A stretch of DNA of 64,000 bases from the human T2T-CHM13v2.0 reference genome, Homo sapiens (GCF_009914755.1 NC_060928.1); one strand, 5' to 3'. Shown: positions 1-14,686, numbered from the stretch's first letter. Numbers and translations: made by a program. The notes: generated by a model from the sequence alone, not told the origin.

Positions 1-327
1 GACAAATAACAATGAAAAAAGCAATTATAAAAAGAGTCTGTACCCTCAAATATTTCCTTGTCTCCACAGCAGTTATGGAAGACGCTTAGAAAATGATAGT
101 AATTAGTGAAAATAATAAAAAACACTGTCATCAGAATCAAAATTTTAGGTAATGGTTATAGCTTACTTGGGGAGACCTTATCACTATTTAAACCACTTAT
201 CCACACCCAAACCCTTTGGAAAATTAAAATTTTGCACTAATAAGAGAAGGATTTTTGCAGCTGCCAGCACATGATGGACTTCCCAATAACAGGCAGGATG
301 AATGTTCTTTTTCACAGTTGGAGCACG

Positions 328-341
328 GTTCCCATGGCAAC
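328..341. promoter_or_regulatory. RFX X-box-like palindromic motif
   Basis: GTTCCCATGGCAAC matches GTTNCCATGGNAAC. Confidence 0.4.
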
Positions 342-466
342 ACTTGCTGTATGCATTCAAATGAAACTTCTCTTTTTCCCTTCAAGAATCTTTCCCTTTT
401 CTTCTCCCTAGCCTAACATTTTTCATTAAACATAAAAACCTTGATCTTTAAAAGGCTAAAACCTAC

Positions 467-501
467 TGGTGAACTCCACTTTTCCATTTTCCTGGTATGA
501 A
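467..501 (-). pseudogene. Decayed collagen exon candidate (about 36 nt)
   Basis: ATA CCA GGA AAA -TG GAA AAG TGG AGT TCA CCA|gtaggt reads IP GKM (G)KW (G)SP. Confidence 0.45.
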
Positions 502-1829
502 ATTTAGAAGGAAAATATGCACACTAAAATTTGACTGGATGTTGATTTTCTTCCTTATTATGTCACATGCAGAATACTCAAAACTATCTTTGACTAAGGA
601 AAATGTCCAAATTTAACTGTGACTTAGAAACCTGAGTTTTGCATACATGCAACAATATATTAGGGGCTCTTGTTCTATTGCCTGAAGATAAAATATAATA
701 CAGAATACAGGGACTGTGTTGAGAGCAGACTGTGTTGCACATATTGGCAGCCCATTTATCACCAGGTAATTTGAATATTGATCAGGCACAGATTCTGCTA
801 TTAGTACCTGGCATTCATTAAAGGTATAAACCACTTCTAATAAATAATTCCCCAGGAGAAATCTGGGCTTGGGTGAATGTCCTTGGGTGGGGGGAGTTTA
901 TTACAAAGTTACAAAAAGCAAGAAAAAGAAGAAAGACATAAAATGTATGGTGGGGAGGTAGCTGATGTACAGAGAAACTGGTCTTTACAAATGTCATCAG
1001 CCAGAGTATGGTAGATACAGAATTAAATACTGCAACACAGTGATTTTCAATGTATGGTTATCAACTAAGGCTGATCTGCCAGCTGCTTATTATGTGTCCT
1101 CAACAGGAAAAGTTCAGTCCGTGTTTGTTGCCAGTGCACACACTTTCAATGAATGTGTTCAGTTTGTTTTTCTTTTTTTTGACTTCTTCATTATGTTTAT
1201 TATGATTATCTTTATTAAAATGTAATTGTATATGTATTGAGTCTGATAACAGAAATAGATATGTTAATGTGATTGAATCATTTTGCAATGTACACATAGG
1301 TGAAAATATTGCATTGTTTTCCATAAATATACAAGAAAAAGTTAACAAAACAAATACACAAAAATATAAAATAGGGCTTCTACTTTGAATGATTTTGATT
1401 TTGTATTTTGTTTTTCTTAGATTTAATAGGTGTTATATTGTTGCAATTGATGTCAAATAAAAAAATTATGGCATGAGAAGCACTATGTAGTTGACATCAG
1501 ATTACACTGGGTAATTGGGATCTTCTGCCTTTGCCTCTGCGTGCTTGAATAAATTCATTTTATTTTTTGTTTATTCTGAAAGAAAAAAAGTCAAATGGTA
1601 CAAATTAAATAGTGGTGTATATTTTTATGTATTGTCTTATTTTATCTTTATAAAACACCCATAAAATAGATCTTACGTTGTCCATTTTCAATGCAAAGAA
1701 ACTGATGCTTTAGGAGATAACTTGCCTCTATTAGCCAGGAGTTTGCTGGATTCTGGAAAGAGGATCAAATTCAGGTTAGTTAACATATCTTAATGAATAG
1801 ACCCCTCTTTGAGCTGTTAACAAAATAAA

Positions 1830-2580
1830 AATAATGCAGAAGGGATGTTGAGGTACTCAGAAATTGGCAAAAGCAGGAAGTTATTATCCAGTGTGTGCCT
1901 GATGGGACACATAAAGAAAATTGTTAATGGAGCAATGGCTATGTACCTTTAGGAGAAAGGCTGTCCTATAGGCACTGTGAGGTGGACAACCATAGCCACT
2001 GCCAACCCATGCCCTTGCAGGGATGGGACAAAGTACTCAATGTCTCTCTCCAGTGAGAATGAGAGACACAGAAAAGGAGACACCTAACAAGATCAATAGG
2101 AAGTGTATTAGTCCATTCTCATGCTGCTAATAAAGACAGACCCAAGACTGGGTAATTTATAAAGGAAAGAGGTATAATTGTCTCATGGTTCAGCATGGCT
2201 GGAGAAGCCTCAGGAAACTTACAATCATGGTGGAGGAGGAAGCAAACACGTCCTTCTTCACATGGCAGCAGGAGAGAGAAGAATGAGAGCAAAAGGGGTT
2301 TGCCCCTTATAAAACCATCAAATCTTGTGAGAACTCACTCACTCACTATTATGAGAACAGCATGAGGGTAACCACCACTATGATTCAATTACCTCCCACC
2401 AGGTCCCTCCCACGTCACATGGGGATTATTGGAACTACAATTCAAGGTGAGATTTGGATGAAGATACAGGCAAAGCATAACAGGAAGTGACTCAGCCACC
2501 GCCAGATATCATACCCCAGAGGAAGAGAGGAGGCAGGGAAGAAAGATGCTAAACTTCCTTTTTCCACTGGTGCACTGCTT
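1830..2580. mobile_element. Old MaLR LTR (MLT1K/L-like) fragment interrupted by THE1 and a hAT element; resumes at about 3698-3830
   Basis: gggatgttgaggtactcagaaattggcaaaagcaggaag and ggtgccaaccattggctaaaaccaaac resemble the MLT1 consensus. Confidence 0.4.
2104..2482 (-). mobile_element. THE1C/D solo LTR (ERVL-MaLR)
   Basis: TG...CA termini (tgtattagtccattctc...aagcataaca) and an exact 5-bp TSD ggaag at 2099-2103 and 2483-2487. Confidence 0.92.
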
Positions 2581-2585
2581 GCCTG

Positions 2586-3697
2586 TGGGGCGGCCTTATT
2601 AAGGCTTAATAAAGTTTAAGCCTTAGGTCTTTTTCTGGAAGAAGTCTCTTCCAAGGTCTTGGGATGGAACCTATAAAAATATCCATATCATTGGTTCTGT
2701 GTCATTTGAAATAGTAATATTTTTTCAATCACTATTCATTAAGAGCCCTTTTTCTTTCCTAATATTTTTCTCTCCTTGATGGGTGTATTAGGGAGCCCAC
2801 TGGCATTTTGGGGATCTAGTTAAGGAGAAGTTGAGTTAGAGATTCAAAAAAAGAATAATATTCAAAAAAAGAATAAGAAAGATAAGAAGAAAGAAAATAT
2901 GAAATAAAATTCAGTTTTATTTTATGTTTTTATGAATCACAGTCCTTGTTGTATATTTCAGTAATTGCTGGTTATGCAACTGTAGGAATAGCTTCCAGAA
3001 ATCCTCTTACCACCTCTGTGTCAATTAACCTGTCATTATGACTAGATAGTGCAGGGCCAGAGGTGATGTTTTATAGGAGCTTGTTTAGACCACCTGGAAT
3101 GGAAAGTATGTAGGTAGAGAAGAAGATTTAAAAGGAGCAACCAAGTTAAAATATTGGAATCCATCCTTGGAAAAATGTTCCAAATCTTGTACTTAAGACA
3201 TAAGCAAAGAAAAACCACCTGTTAGAGATTTTCTGATATTTGACAACAATCCTAAATATTTACATAGTATTATTAAAAAGAAGTTGTGAATTTAAGAGAC
3301 ATTTTAAAGTCTGTAGTAAAAACCAAAACCAAATATTGATCAACCATACAAGAATAAATGCAGAATTATCTTTCTATCCTCTGTAGAGAGAATGTTACTA
3401 TTAAAATCATTCTCAAATGAAAAGCATGCAGAAAAAAGCATATAGGGAAAAAGTATTGGAGATGCAATCAATGAATACAAAAATATGCTCTTTTCTGGAT
3501 TTTGCTATGTTCATGCTATTTTTCTTGAACATTTCTTTTAAGAAATTGTCACGTATTCTTAAAATATGTAATTTGTTGTGAATCATCAATTTGAATATAT
3601 ATTCATTACTCTACCTAATTTTTTATGTATAATTTTATATCATTTTTCTAAAAGGGGTTACTCAGTTTCATGCCCCATAGTGCTTAGCCTGCCTCTG
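2586..3697 (+). mobile_element. Non-autonomous hAT-Tip100 (Zaphod/MER115-like) DNA transposon fossil
   Basis: Ends tggggcgg... and ...cctgcctctg; internal ggcattttggggatctagttaaggagaagttgag and gtgcagggccagagg. Confidence 0.55.
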
Positions 3698-4906
3698 ATT
3701 CTGACGGTGCCAACCATTGGCTAAAACCAAACATAAACTTGTTTCTCAGGTTGGTCTATTTGAAGGAGCGAGGGAGAAGGTGAATGACAATCAAGGTTGA
3801 GAAAAGAAAACAAAACAATAAGCTTGTCATTCAAGTTCACATAGCTACACCAAAGCAGGGTCAGGAGTCAGACGACAAATATCTGTGACTCTAAGGCACA
3901 TGCTGTTTCTACATATCTCTCTACTGCTCAGTCATTAAATATAAAAAGATGAGGAGTAGGAGGTGGAAGATGGATTAGATCATCCTCCATACTCTATTTA
4001 TATACAGTCCCCAAATGGGGAACAGAATATTATTATCCTTAAAGCATATGAAGGGTAATAAGATTTGCAGAAATATGAATAAAAATAGTTTGCTGACTTT
4101 CTTATCTCAGAAGATTTTTCTTTATTTCACTATGCAATCCATATGGCTAACAATTTGCTTTTGAAATGATTGGTTGATTATAAACAAGTATCTGATCAAA
4201 GGAAATATTTAATAAGAGAGGAAAGTTATTTTCAAAAGTATTCTTTGACACAATCTGGGTTGAAAAACAAGTTCTAGAAACTTTCAGAATAAAACAAAAC
4301 AAAGCAAATATAAATTACCAATTGATTTTTCTTCTTTCTTTCTCTTAACACAGTACCTTAATTGAGCATTTATTTTTGCCTTGTTTTGCTTTATTCGGGT
4401 GCCATGAAACCTTGCCCTCAACCTTGTATTCTGAAATATGTAAAATATTCCTCTCATGGCATGACTGAAAAAATACACATATTATATTTTATTGATGTAT
4501 TTCTGGCAGTCTTGTTTCCTTATTTGTGATGTCTCCTTGGGGATATTGAGTTTTGGCATTATTTTAAAAAATCAGGATAAGGAGAATCAGAGAGAGCTGT
4601 CAATCTTTCAGCCAAGAGGAACATCTGCTAATAGCTAACCTACTTTAACCAGCTGGATTGTGCTTATGATAAGGTTTATTACTTTCTGAGGGGCAAGAGC
4701 TCTGGCATCCTCTGAGTGGATTCAGATACATTATCAGTCCAGGATGTATAAATTGCATTTAAAGTCAGAATAGCAATCAAGGCAAAACAATTACAGTATC
4801 TAAAATAATGCAATCAGGGATTACCACAGTTCTAAAGATCACCTGGAAAGAAATTGGAAGGAATTTGGTTCTTAGTGGATAGCTGGAGCCTCTTTCAGAG
4901 AATCAC

Positions 4907-4950
4907 ATATTCTTTCACCTCTCCTGGACCCCCACCAGACCCATTTGCCC
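4907..4950 (-). pseudogene. Decayed 45-nt collagen exon (1-nt deletion)
   Basis: Polypyrimidine tract ttttccttttgctcat, then GGG CAA ATG GGT CTG GTG GGG GT- CCA GGA GAG GTG AAA GAA TAT|gtgatt, reading GQM GLV GVP GEV xEY. Confidence 0.65.
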
Positions 4951-4984
4951 ATGAGCAAAAGGAAAACTTCACTAATGGTTAGTA

Positions 4985-5440
4985 CTTCTGGCTAAGATGG
5001 CTACATCTGCACTCATATCCACTCTTCTCTTTACTAAGTAGTAGAAGCCTTACATTTTAGCTGAGCACAATGACTGCTCTAGAATAAAGCTTATATGTCT
5101 AGACAAGTTTGCAGCCATAGACATGTTCATATCAATAAGTTCTCACCAATGAGATGTGAGTGGAACTAATTGCTGCACCTTCTCATACCTGCCTTATTTT
5201 TGCTCTTTGATTTCCTGGTGCTTGTTTGTTCTGGACTTGATTATAAGCCACCTTAGACCACATAGACAAAGGTAATACCTTAAGACCTGCAGAAAACAGA
5301 AGGCATTCACTATGCCATCATATCTGCCCTGGGCTTCATAAACTCAGGCTACTGGGTGTGGAAGACATAAACTTTTCTCTCATTAAAATCTCCATTATTT
5401 GGTATCTTTGATGTAGCCACAGAATCTACATTCTACATTA
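4985..5440 (+). mobile_element. MLT1J-like MaLR LTR
   Basis: ttttagctgagcacaatg...aagttctcaccaatgagatgtgagtggaa. Confidence 0.6.
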
Positions 5441-5456
5441 AAAAAAAAAAAACCTC

Positions 5457-5534
5457 ATGATTCTGGCTAAGCCCTTTTCTGGAATATTTATTTCCCCATC
5501 TTTTAGAAAGCAACTTCCCTTGAAGTCCTCATTC
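5457..5534 (-). pseudogene. Decayed collagen exon candidate
   Basis: aaacag|GAA TGA GGA CTT CAA GGG AAG TTG reads E* GLQ GKL, then KD GEI xIP EK GLA (G)IM in a shifted frame. Confidence 0.45.
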
Positions 5535-5644
5535 CTGTTTAACAAATGATTCCAAACTTCTTGTAATTAAAACAGAGAATAGTTATTTTGTATGACTCCT
5601 AGATGTCACCCCAATTACAATAGTAAAGTAAATTAACATTAGTT

Positions 5645-5870
5645 AATAGTTATGAATTGCTTGCTAGTGTTAGGTACTGTTCTAGGTACTTCAAATACAT
5701 AAATACACTAGGTCCATACAGCAATTCTGTGATATAAAAGTTATAATTATTCTCATCATAAATACTTTGACCACTATCACATAATTCTTAAATATCTGAA
5801 CCAAAATTCAAATCCAGGAAGTTGGATTCTGGTGATTTTGCATGTAGTCGTAATGCTACTGTTCCTCTGA
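5645..5870 (-). mobile_element. MIR SINE fragment
   Basis: tgttaggtactgttctaggtactt...aaattcaaatccagg. Confidence 0.55.
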
Positions 5871-6291
5871 TTCTTTTCTTATCCTGCTTACTCAGATTTT
5901 TTCTGAAGTATACTATTCCCTGGGATTTACATTCATTGGTAAACTAACCAAGGCTTAATATATGTAGCTTGGATATTTATTGAATAAGTTATATGTGGAA
6001 GGCAATGCTTAGGACACGTTAAGCACTCAGTATGTATAATTTCAATAAGTAGTGGAGGGCTGGAGCCAGATCACATGGGCTCTTCAAGAGCCAACTGTGC
6101 ATCTTTTCCCTACTCTACATTCAGTTCAGTGAAGGCAGGTTGCTTACTTGAAATGTTCCCTGGTAGGAATATTAAATTTACGAACACTATAAATCAGCAT
6201 TTTTGTTTCATTTGGGGAATCAACTTACTAGCATACCACTTGTTAGGAAAGTTGAGAAAAATTACATAAAGCTGTTATAGGCAAAAATCAT

Positions 6292-6324
6292 ATTCTATCT
6301 GGGGATACCAACATCTCAGGGTAA
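6292..6324 (-). pseudogene. Decayed collagen exon candidate
   Basis: TTA CCC TGA GAT GTT GGT ATC CCC AGA TAG AAT reads LP (G)DV GIP (G)(Q)N. Confidence 0.65.
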
Positions 6325-7280
6325 CTGTCATATAGGATAATATAAGAATATTATTTAAAATTATCAGTAAAAAATTGATGAAACAATTTAGCTTCAGTAT
6401 GCCAGAATTTTTTCTTAAAAAAGCAACTGAGACATGGCATCTGAGCTAGACTCCAGTTCAAATAGAGATAAAAAACTGATATTAAATTTTCTGAGTGTTT
6501 GTAATAAAATGTCTATAAGGGAAGGCTTCAATAGCTTGTTCTTATTCATATATTAACTTATGTGACAAACCTAACTTTAGACTTGAGAGAAGGAATTATT
6601 TATACTATATGATGAAAGAAATCAAGAAGTGATGTACGTATGAAATCCCTTGATAAAGACTTCCTGTCCATAAATATCTTCATCAGTTCCTGATAGTTCT
6701 GACATTAAAGATTGATTTTCTAGGGTACTGAAGACTTTTCTTATTAAAATGCAAATACATCTGGAAGTCATTTTCTTGTAACACCTTATCAGTTATTGGT
6801 TTTGAAGTTCTGACTGATTAGTAGTCCACATAACTGGCCTCCTTGACTCTAAATTATAAATTAAAGATAATCAGCACATTGAAAATAATCATGCCCTTGG
6901 TTTAGTATATAAAGGGAAACTTTGATCAATACTTTAGGTGTCTCACCATATAGTTAACCTTTTATATTATTCCTACTTTTTTACTTATTTCTAGTTACTA
7001 ATACCAAGCACTTCAGCAGCTCTAGTGGCATTGTCTCTGTCAAGTGTTATAGAAAATATTTTATACATTTATTAACAAAGTAAATCCCATAGCAACAGCA
7101 CGTATGCTAGACTTCATATATCTAGTGTTCACTTTATTAAAAAGTTAGTTTTCAGTAATGGCACTCAATCCTGATATTTCTGAATACTTGCTTGAAACAT
7201 ATGCCCTATAGATGATTGTCCTGTGTTGCTTTGGCCAATCCTGCCCTAAAATCTTCATGTTTGCTTAATCCGTCAACTAC

Positions 7281-7326
7281 TCTCAGCTAGAATTTCCCAC
7301 TGATCTCTATCCCTGTGACTTGGGCC
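7281..7326 (-). pseudogene. Decayed collagen exon candidate (about 45 nt)
   Basis: cag|GGC CCA AGT CAC AGG GAT AGA GAT CAG TGG GAA ATT reads GPS xRD (G)DQ (G)EI. Confidence 0.4.
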
Positions 7327-7384
7327 CTGTTTCTCAGACTTTTTAAAAGTTGACTGCTAACCTGGGCTTCTATACATTGCTTAC

Positions 7385-7483
7385 TCCTAGATTTGCCATT
7401 ATCATGGTCCTTGAACTGATAGGACATAGTCATTTTTTGCAGGGCTTTCCAGAGAGTAACTGTCCACTCGCTCATCAAACTGT
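7385..7483 (-). pseudogene. Decayed 99-nt collagen exon candidate
   Basis: Bounded by ttttcag and gtaagc, exactly 99 nt. Contains *AS GQL -LS GKP CKK *L.. and, in shifted frames, VQGP and DNGKS. Confidence 0.5.
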
Positions 7484-8642
7484 CTGAAAATTAGGCCCAC
7501 CCACCACCATGTCTTGAGCTTCTCTCAAGACTTAAATCCAGTTCTACATTTTGGGATCCATACCTAAGTGGAAACCCTCCAATCTACCTTTTTCCACTTC
7601 CTATTCAGACCTAAAGTTCAAACTTTAAACCTGAAGTTTAAACAAACAAACAAAACAGAAGACAGGTGGTTCAAAGAAGGGGGATATAGAGAATAATAGG
7701 GCAAGTGAATGGGATGGTGTTATAGGCCTCAGAATGTAGAAAAAAACAGACAAATCTTGAAAGAAGAGACAACTTCTTACTTTATAATTATTCCTAGTCT
7801 TCTGTCATGCCAGAGCTACATTGGAATAAACTATGGCATACAACTCTTTATCTGTTGAATAGCTTTTTCTGACAAGTATGACAGAAAGATGAGGTATTGA
7901 ACAAATGTGGACAAATGCTTCTTTACAATGGAGTTGTGCAAGTGTGAAATTGACCACCTTGTAAACATAAATTTCACAGTTATATAGCCTGTTAATTATT
8001 AAGCCTACATGGTTGAAGGGATACATGACTTGGGGATTTTTGTTCAGTGGGTAGCATAAATGCATTTGAGAAAAACCACTTAGATATTTTGTATTTCAGG
8101 TAAATTATAGCAACATTTAAATCTATATTTTTCAATAGTACCACAATGAAAAAAATATGTTCTGTTTCTGAATGTGTCTGTTAGCACAGCAGATTAGCCA
8201 TCAAAATGGGTTGATCACATGTGAAATAATGTTTAGAGTCAATAAAAACACAAATTTCATGGGAATTACATATATTGTATCTTTGCAAATTTTCATTTTG
8301 ATGCATCTGGATATTGAATTTCAGAATATTGGAGGACATTTGATCCACTAAAAGAGAATATGTTTCAACTTAAAAAATAATATACTTGTTCTTTATGACA
8401 CTAAATAATATTTTAGAAGCTAAGCAATGTTTTAAGAATTAAGAAATTTTGGGGAAACAATAATAAAGAAGAGAAATTATTCAATCAGTTTTGTTTCATA
8501 TTTGATTTTTTGGAGCGTTTTCCTTGTCGTTCACTCAATGTTATCAATCTACCAAATATAATTAATCCACTTGCCAATTTAGGGATGCCTAGATGGCTTT
8601 AAATTTTAACTGCTGAAATGTTACATTAATGGATAGTCCAAC

Positions 8643-8683
8643 ATGAGCTCCCTTATAGACCTGGACAAATGGCCTCTGGGCAC
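8643..8683 (-). pseudogene. Decayed collagen exon candidate (about 45 nt)
   Basis: ctcctcactacag|GT GCC CAG AGG CCA TTT .. TAT AAG GGA GCT CAT|gt reads GAQ (G)PF .. xYK GAH. Confidence 0.5.
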
Positions 8684-8744
8684 CTGTAGTGAGGAGTAGA
8701 TGGTATAATTTACTTATATTTTATTTCACTAAATACTGCTAGAT

Positions 8745-9090
8745 TACATTATATATTGACCTCACTATTTTATAATCAGGCTAGCAGTGCATTATGGCTT
8801 CCATTTTCCCATATTCTCACCAATAATTTGCATTACCAACCTTTATTTATTTATTTATTTCTAATCTGATGGATAATGGGTCCTACCTAAGTACTTTAGT
8901 TTTATTTTCTCTAATTACTAATAAGGCAGGTAATGTGTTTCTCCTTCGACAAATCACATTTTTATATTGTATTTCTCCTTTTATACTTTTGTCTTTTTCT
9001 TCTAGTTGTTGATTTAAAGGTGATTTTGTGTATTTTAACTATTATTCTGTTGTTTGTTTTATTTACTGAAAATATTTCTCTCCATATCTA
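8745..9090 (-). mobile_element. Old L1M ORF2 3' fragment
   Basis: ttccattttccccatattctcaccaat...gttttattttctctaattacta. Confidence 0.55.
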
Positions 9091-11147
9091 CCAATCACCT
9101 ACTACAAGACTCAGCTACTGAAAATACTTGCCTTTGTGGAGCTTTATTGATGTTGTCTATGCAAGCGTACTGACATGACCAAGCAAGTCACAGAGAAGTA
9201 CATAGAAATAATATTGGCAGCAGAGAAGTAGAAGCTACAAAAAAGAACAAGAAAGGAGAGGTAGAGAAAGTCTGAGACAAACATATTTACAAGTGTAGAT
9301 GTGTCACCAGAATAAGAATGAATATATGAATGAGTGTATGATGTGACTGTCTGCCACAAGCTCACATATTTTGGCTTGGGTCACTGGAATTTCTCATTCA
9401 ATATGAATACCTATAAGAGATTCTAAATTTCTTCATGAATCTGCTAAAGCCATTATTTATTTTTTTATTTTTAACTTCTCTATGTTTTACGATAAAATAT
9501 CTTCAATTGAATAACCAAAAGTTGGCCCTCTTCTTGTCAATTTGAAATAAAATTAAGTACAAATCTTAATATCCCAGAGTTGTGTCACCACCACTATACA
9601 CAAGGGGTTTTTAGTGACATAATCTAATTTGCAATTAATAAACTTTCAATTGAATTCAGCACCACATGAAATTGGCTTTGACACAAAAAATACATTATCC
9701 AATGATACTATTTTGGTATATTTATCAGAATTTAATTAATTTTCAATCAACCATGTACTACCAGGCCAGTTAAAATAGTAGACTCTTTTCTCCCATTTGA
9801 AAATTTACATACATTTTTATGACAACCAACATTAATGTTCTATGCGTCCATTCAAAAACTGTGACAATAATAATGAGTTAATACAAAATTACAGCTTTGA
9901 GTTAGAATTTAATGTGTGTCACAGGCTCTTAGAACAACTGTTTATTAAAACAGTGGATAGACCAGAAGCAATGTGATGTCACTGCAGTATGATTTCATAA
10001 TCCAGAATCTTCCACTTTAAATCTAATGACCACTTTGAAAAGAATTGGGTTGCATCACTCTGCTTACTTTATAAGCACAGTTTAACTAGAGCAGACTATA
10101 GGAAGTTGTTTCAGACTTACCAAGGTTTCTTTAGAAAAATCATTAGTTACAGATTCAATTTAAATAGAATTGAGTTATTGATCCAAAACAATTACAACCA
10201 GGAAATTAACCTTATACTGTAAAAGTTTAATAAGAGATTATGAATCTAGGTAAACAATGTCTTTTTAAAATTAATTTTTATTTTTAATTTTTGTGTAATA
10301 GGTGTAAATACTCATGTGGTACATTAAATATTTCAGTACAGGCATGCAATAAGTAACAAGCATATCAGATTAACTGGGTTATCCATTACCTCAGGTATGT
10401 ATCGTTTCTTTTCGTTACAAACATTCCAATTATATTCTTAGTTATTTTAAAATGTACAATAAATTATTGTTGACTATAGTCACCCTGTTTGACCTAGTGC
10501 TATCAAATGCTAGATCTTATTCAATCTTCCTAACTGTATATTTGTTATTCACCATCCCAACATTGTCCCCTCTCCCCCATTACCCTTCCTAGCCACTGGT
10601 AACCATCATTTTTATTCTCTGCCTCTGTGAGCTCAATTGTTTTAATTTTTAGCACCCACAAAATGAGTGAGAACATGCAAACTCTGTCTCTCTGTGCCTG
10701 GCTTACTTCACTTAAAATAATCTCCTCCCATTCCATCCATGTTGTTGCAAACAACAGTATCTCATTATTTTTATGGCGGAATAGTACCCCATTGTGTATA
10801 CGTGGCATATTTTCAATATTCACTTATCTGTTGAGGAACACTTAGGTTGCTTCCAGATCTTGGCTATTAAGAATAGCACTGCAATAAACATGGAAGTGCA
10901 GAAATGCCTTCAGTATACTGATTTCCTGTCATTTGGGCATATACCTCGCAGCAGGATTGCTGGATCATATGGTAGCTCTATTTTTGTTTTCTTCAGGAAC
11001 TTCCATACTGTTCCTCATATTGGCTGTACTAATTTACATTTCTGCCAGCAGTGTATGAAGGTTCCCTTTTCCCCACATCCTTGTCAGCATTTGTTATTGC
11101 CTATGTTTCGTATAAAAGCCATTTTAACTGAGGTGAGATAATATCTT

Positions 11148-12129
<982 letters not shown>

Positions 12130-14686
12130 TTATAGTAGTTTTGATTTGCATTTCTCCGATAGTCAATGATGATGAGCACCTTTTCATACACCTGTTTGCC
12201 ATTTGGATGTCCTCTTTTGATTAATGTCTATTCATATATTTTGCCCATTTTAAAATCAGATTATTAGATTTTTGTCCTAATGAGTTGAGTTCCACATATA
12301 TTCTGGTTATTAACCCCTTATCAAGTAGATAGTTTGCAAATACTTTCTCTCATTCTGTGGGTTGTCTCTTCACTCTGTTGATTGTTTCCTTTGCTGAGCA
12401 GAAGCTTTTTAACTTGACTGTATCCCATTTGTCTATTTTTGCTTTGGTTGCTTGTGCTTGTGGGGTATTACTCATGAAATCTTTGCCCAGATCAAGGTCC
12501 TTGGAAGTTTACCCAATATTTTCTTGTAGTAGTTTTAAATTTGGAGGTCTTATATTTAAGTTCTCAATTTATTTTGATTTGACTTTTATATATGGCAAGA
12601 GATACAGGTATAGTTTCATTCTATTGTACATGGGTATTGTTTTCTAATTACCATTTATTGACTGTCCTTTATCCATTGTATATTCTTGGCACATTTGTGG
12701 AAAATGAGTTCACTGTAGATGCATGGATTTTTTTCTGGTTTCATTATTCTATGCCATTAGTCTATGTGTCAGTTTTTCTGCCAGCACCATGCTGTTTTGG
12801 TTACTAAAGCTCTGTAGTATAATTTGAAGTCAGGTAATGCAATTCCTGCAGCTTTGTTTATTTTGCTTAGGATAGCTTTGGCTATTCTGGGTCTTTTGTG
12901 GTTTGGTATAAATTTTAGGATTATTTTTTCTATTTCTGTTAAGAATGTCATTGGTGCTTTAGTAGGGATTGCATTGAATCTGTCAATTGCTTTGGGTAAT
13001 ATGAACATTTTAACAATGTTCATTCTTCCAATCCATGATTATGGAATATTATTCAATTTTGGGGTGTCCTTTTCAGTTTATTATATCAAAATTTTATAGT
13101 TTTCCTTTTAGAAATGTTTCTCTTCTTGGATTAAGTTCATTGCTAGGTATTTTGTTTCGTTTGTAGCCATTAGAAATGAGTTTACTTTCTGGATTTTTCA
13201 TTATTTTGAATATTTTTCATATTCATTCTACTGTTGGCACGTAGAAATGCTACTGATATTGGTGCATTGATTTTGTATCCTGCAATTTTACGGAATTTCT
13301 TTATCAGTTCTAATAGGTTTTTGGTGGGGTATTAGGTTTTACCACGTATAAGATTATATCTTCTGCAAAAAAGGATAATTTGACTTTTTCCTTTCTAATT
13401 AGATACTCTTTATATATTTATCTTGTCTGATTGCCCTGGCTAGGACTTCCAATACTATGTTGAATAAAGGTAGTGACAGTGGGCATCCTTGTCTTCTTCC
13501 AGATCTTAGAGGAAAGTATTTCAGTTTTTGTCCATTCAGTACAGTACGAGCTTTGGGTCTTTCATATGTGGGTTTTATTGTGTTGAGGCATGTTGCTTCT
13601 ATACCCACTTCTTTGACGGATTTTTTATCTTTAAGGGATGTTGAATTTCATCAAATACTTTTTCAGCATGAATTGAAATGATGATGTAATTTTTTCCCTT
13701 CATTTTGTTGATATGATGAAGCATATTGATTAATTGCATATGTTGAATCATCCTTGCATCACTGGAATAAATCTCACTTGATCATGATGAATGATCTTTT
13801 TAATGCATCATTGACTTTGGTATGCTAGTATTTTGTTGAGGAATTTTGCATTCATATTCATCAGAGATATTGGCCTATTTTTTTATGTGCCTTGTCTGGT
13901 TTTGATATCAGGGTAACACTGGCCATAAATAATCTGTTTGAAAGTATTTCTTGTGTCTCTATTTTTTGGAACAGTTTGACTAAAATTGAATTAAACTTTC
14001 TTCAAATATTTGGTAAAATTTAACAATAAAGCCATTGGGTCCTTGGCTTGTCTTTGCTTAGAGAGTTTTTAATGTATCTTCAATCCCATTACTTGTTACT
14101 GGTCTATTCAGGTTATGGATTTCTTCATGGCTCAATCTTGGTAGGTTGTATATGTCTAGGAATTTGTCCATTTCTTCTAGATTTTCAAGTTCATTAGCTT
14201 GTAATTGCTCACAGTAGCCACTACTGATCCTTTAAATTTCCGGAGTATCAGCTGTAATGTCTCTTTTTTAAAATCTCTGAGCTTATTTATTTGGGTCTTT
14301 TCTCTTTTATTCTTAGTCTGGTTGAAAGCTTATCAATTTTGTTTAACTTCTCCAAATATTCACTTTGACTTCACTGATATTTTGTATTTTTTCCTTATTT
14401 CAATTTCACTTATTTCTGCCTTGATCTTTATTATTATTTTTCTTTCACTGGCTCTTGTTTACTTTTTTTCTGGCTCATGTTTGCTCTTGGTTTTCCAATT
14501 CTTTAAGATGCTTAATTAGGTGGTTTATTTTGTTTTTCTATGTTTTGATATAGGCACTTATAGCTGTAAAATTCCCTCTTAGTACCACTTTTGCTGCATC
14601 ACAATGGTTTTGGAATACTGTGTTTCCATTATCGATTGTTTAACAAATTTTTCAATTTCATTTTTATTTTCTTCATTTACCCACTA

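Noticed and set aside
613-1348. Short ORFs at the window start
   Set aside because: No recognisable domain or splice structure; consistent with chance ORFs in AT-rich DNA.
1508-1545. (G)RR GK. (G)DP xYP|gt possible exon remnant
   Set aside because: It can be aligned to several different collagen positions and needs indels, so it is not specific.
6074-6109. 36-nt GKD (G)QL (G)LE (G)PM collagen-like unit
   Set aside because: It is tempting, but it has no pyrimidine tract and the plus strand resembles L2 (gccagatcac..gggc..tt..gcca). Not counted as support.
10121-10217. AG..GTAAGT-bounded 97-nt minus-strand unit containing FPGCN
   Set aside because: Gly periodicity is too weak to call.
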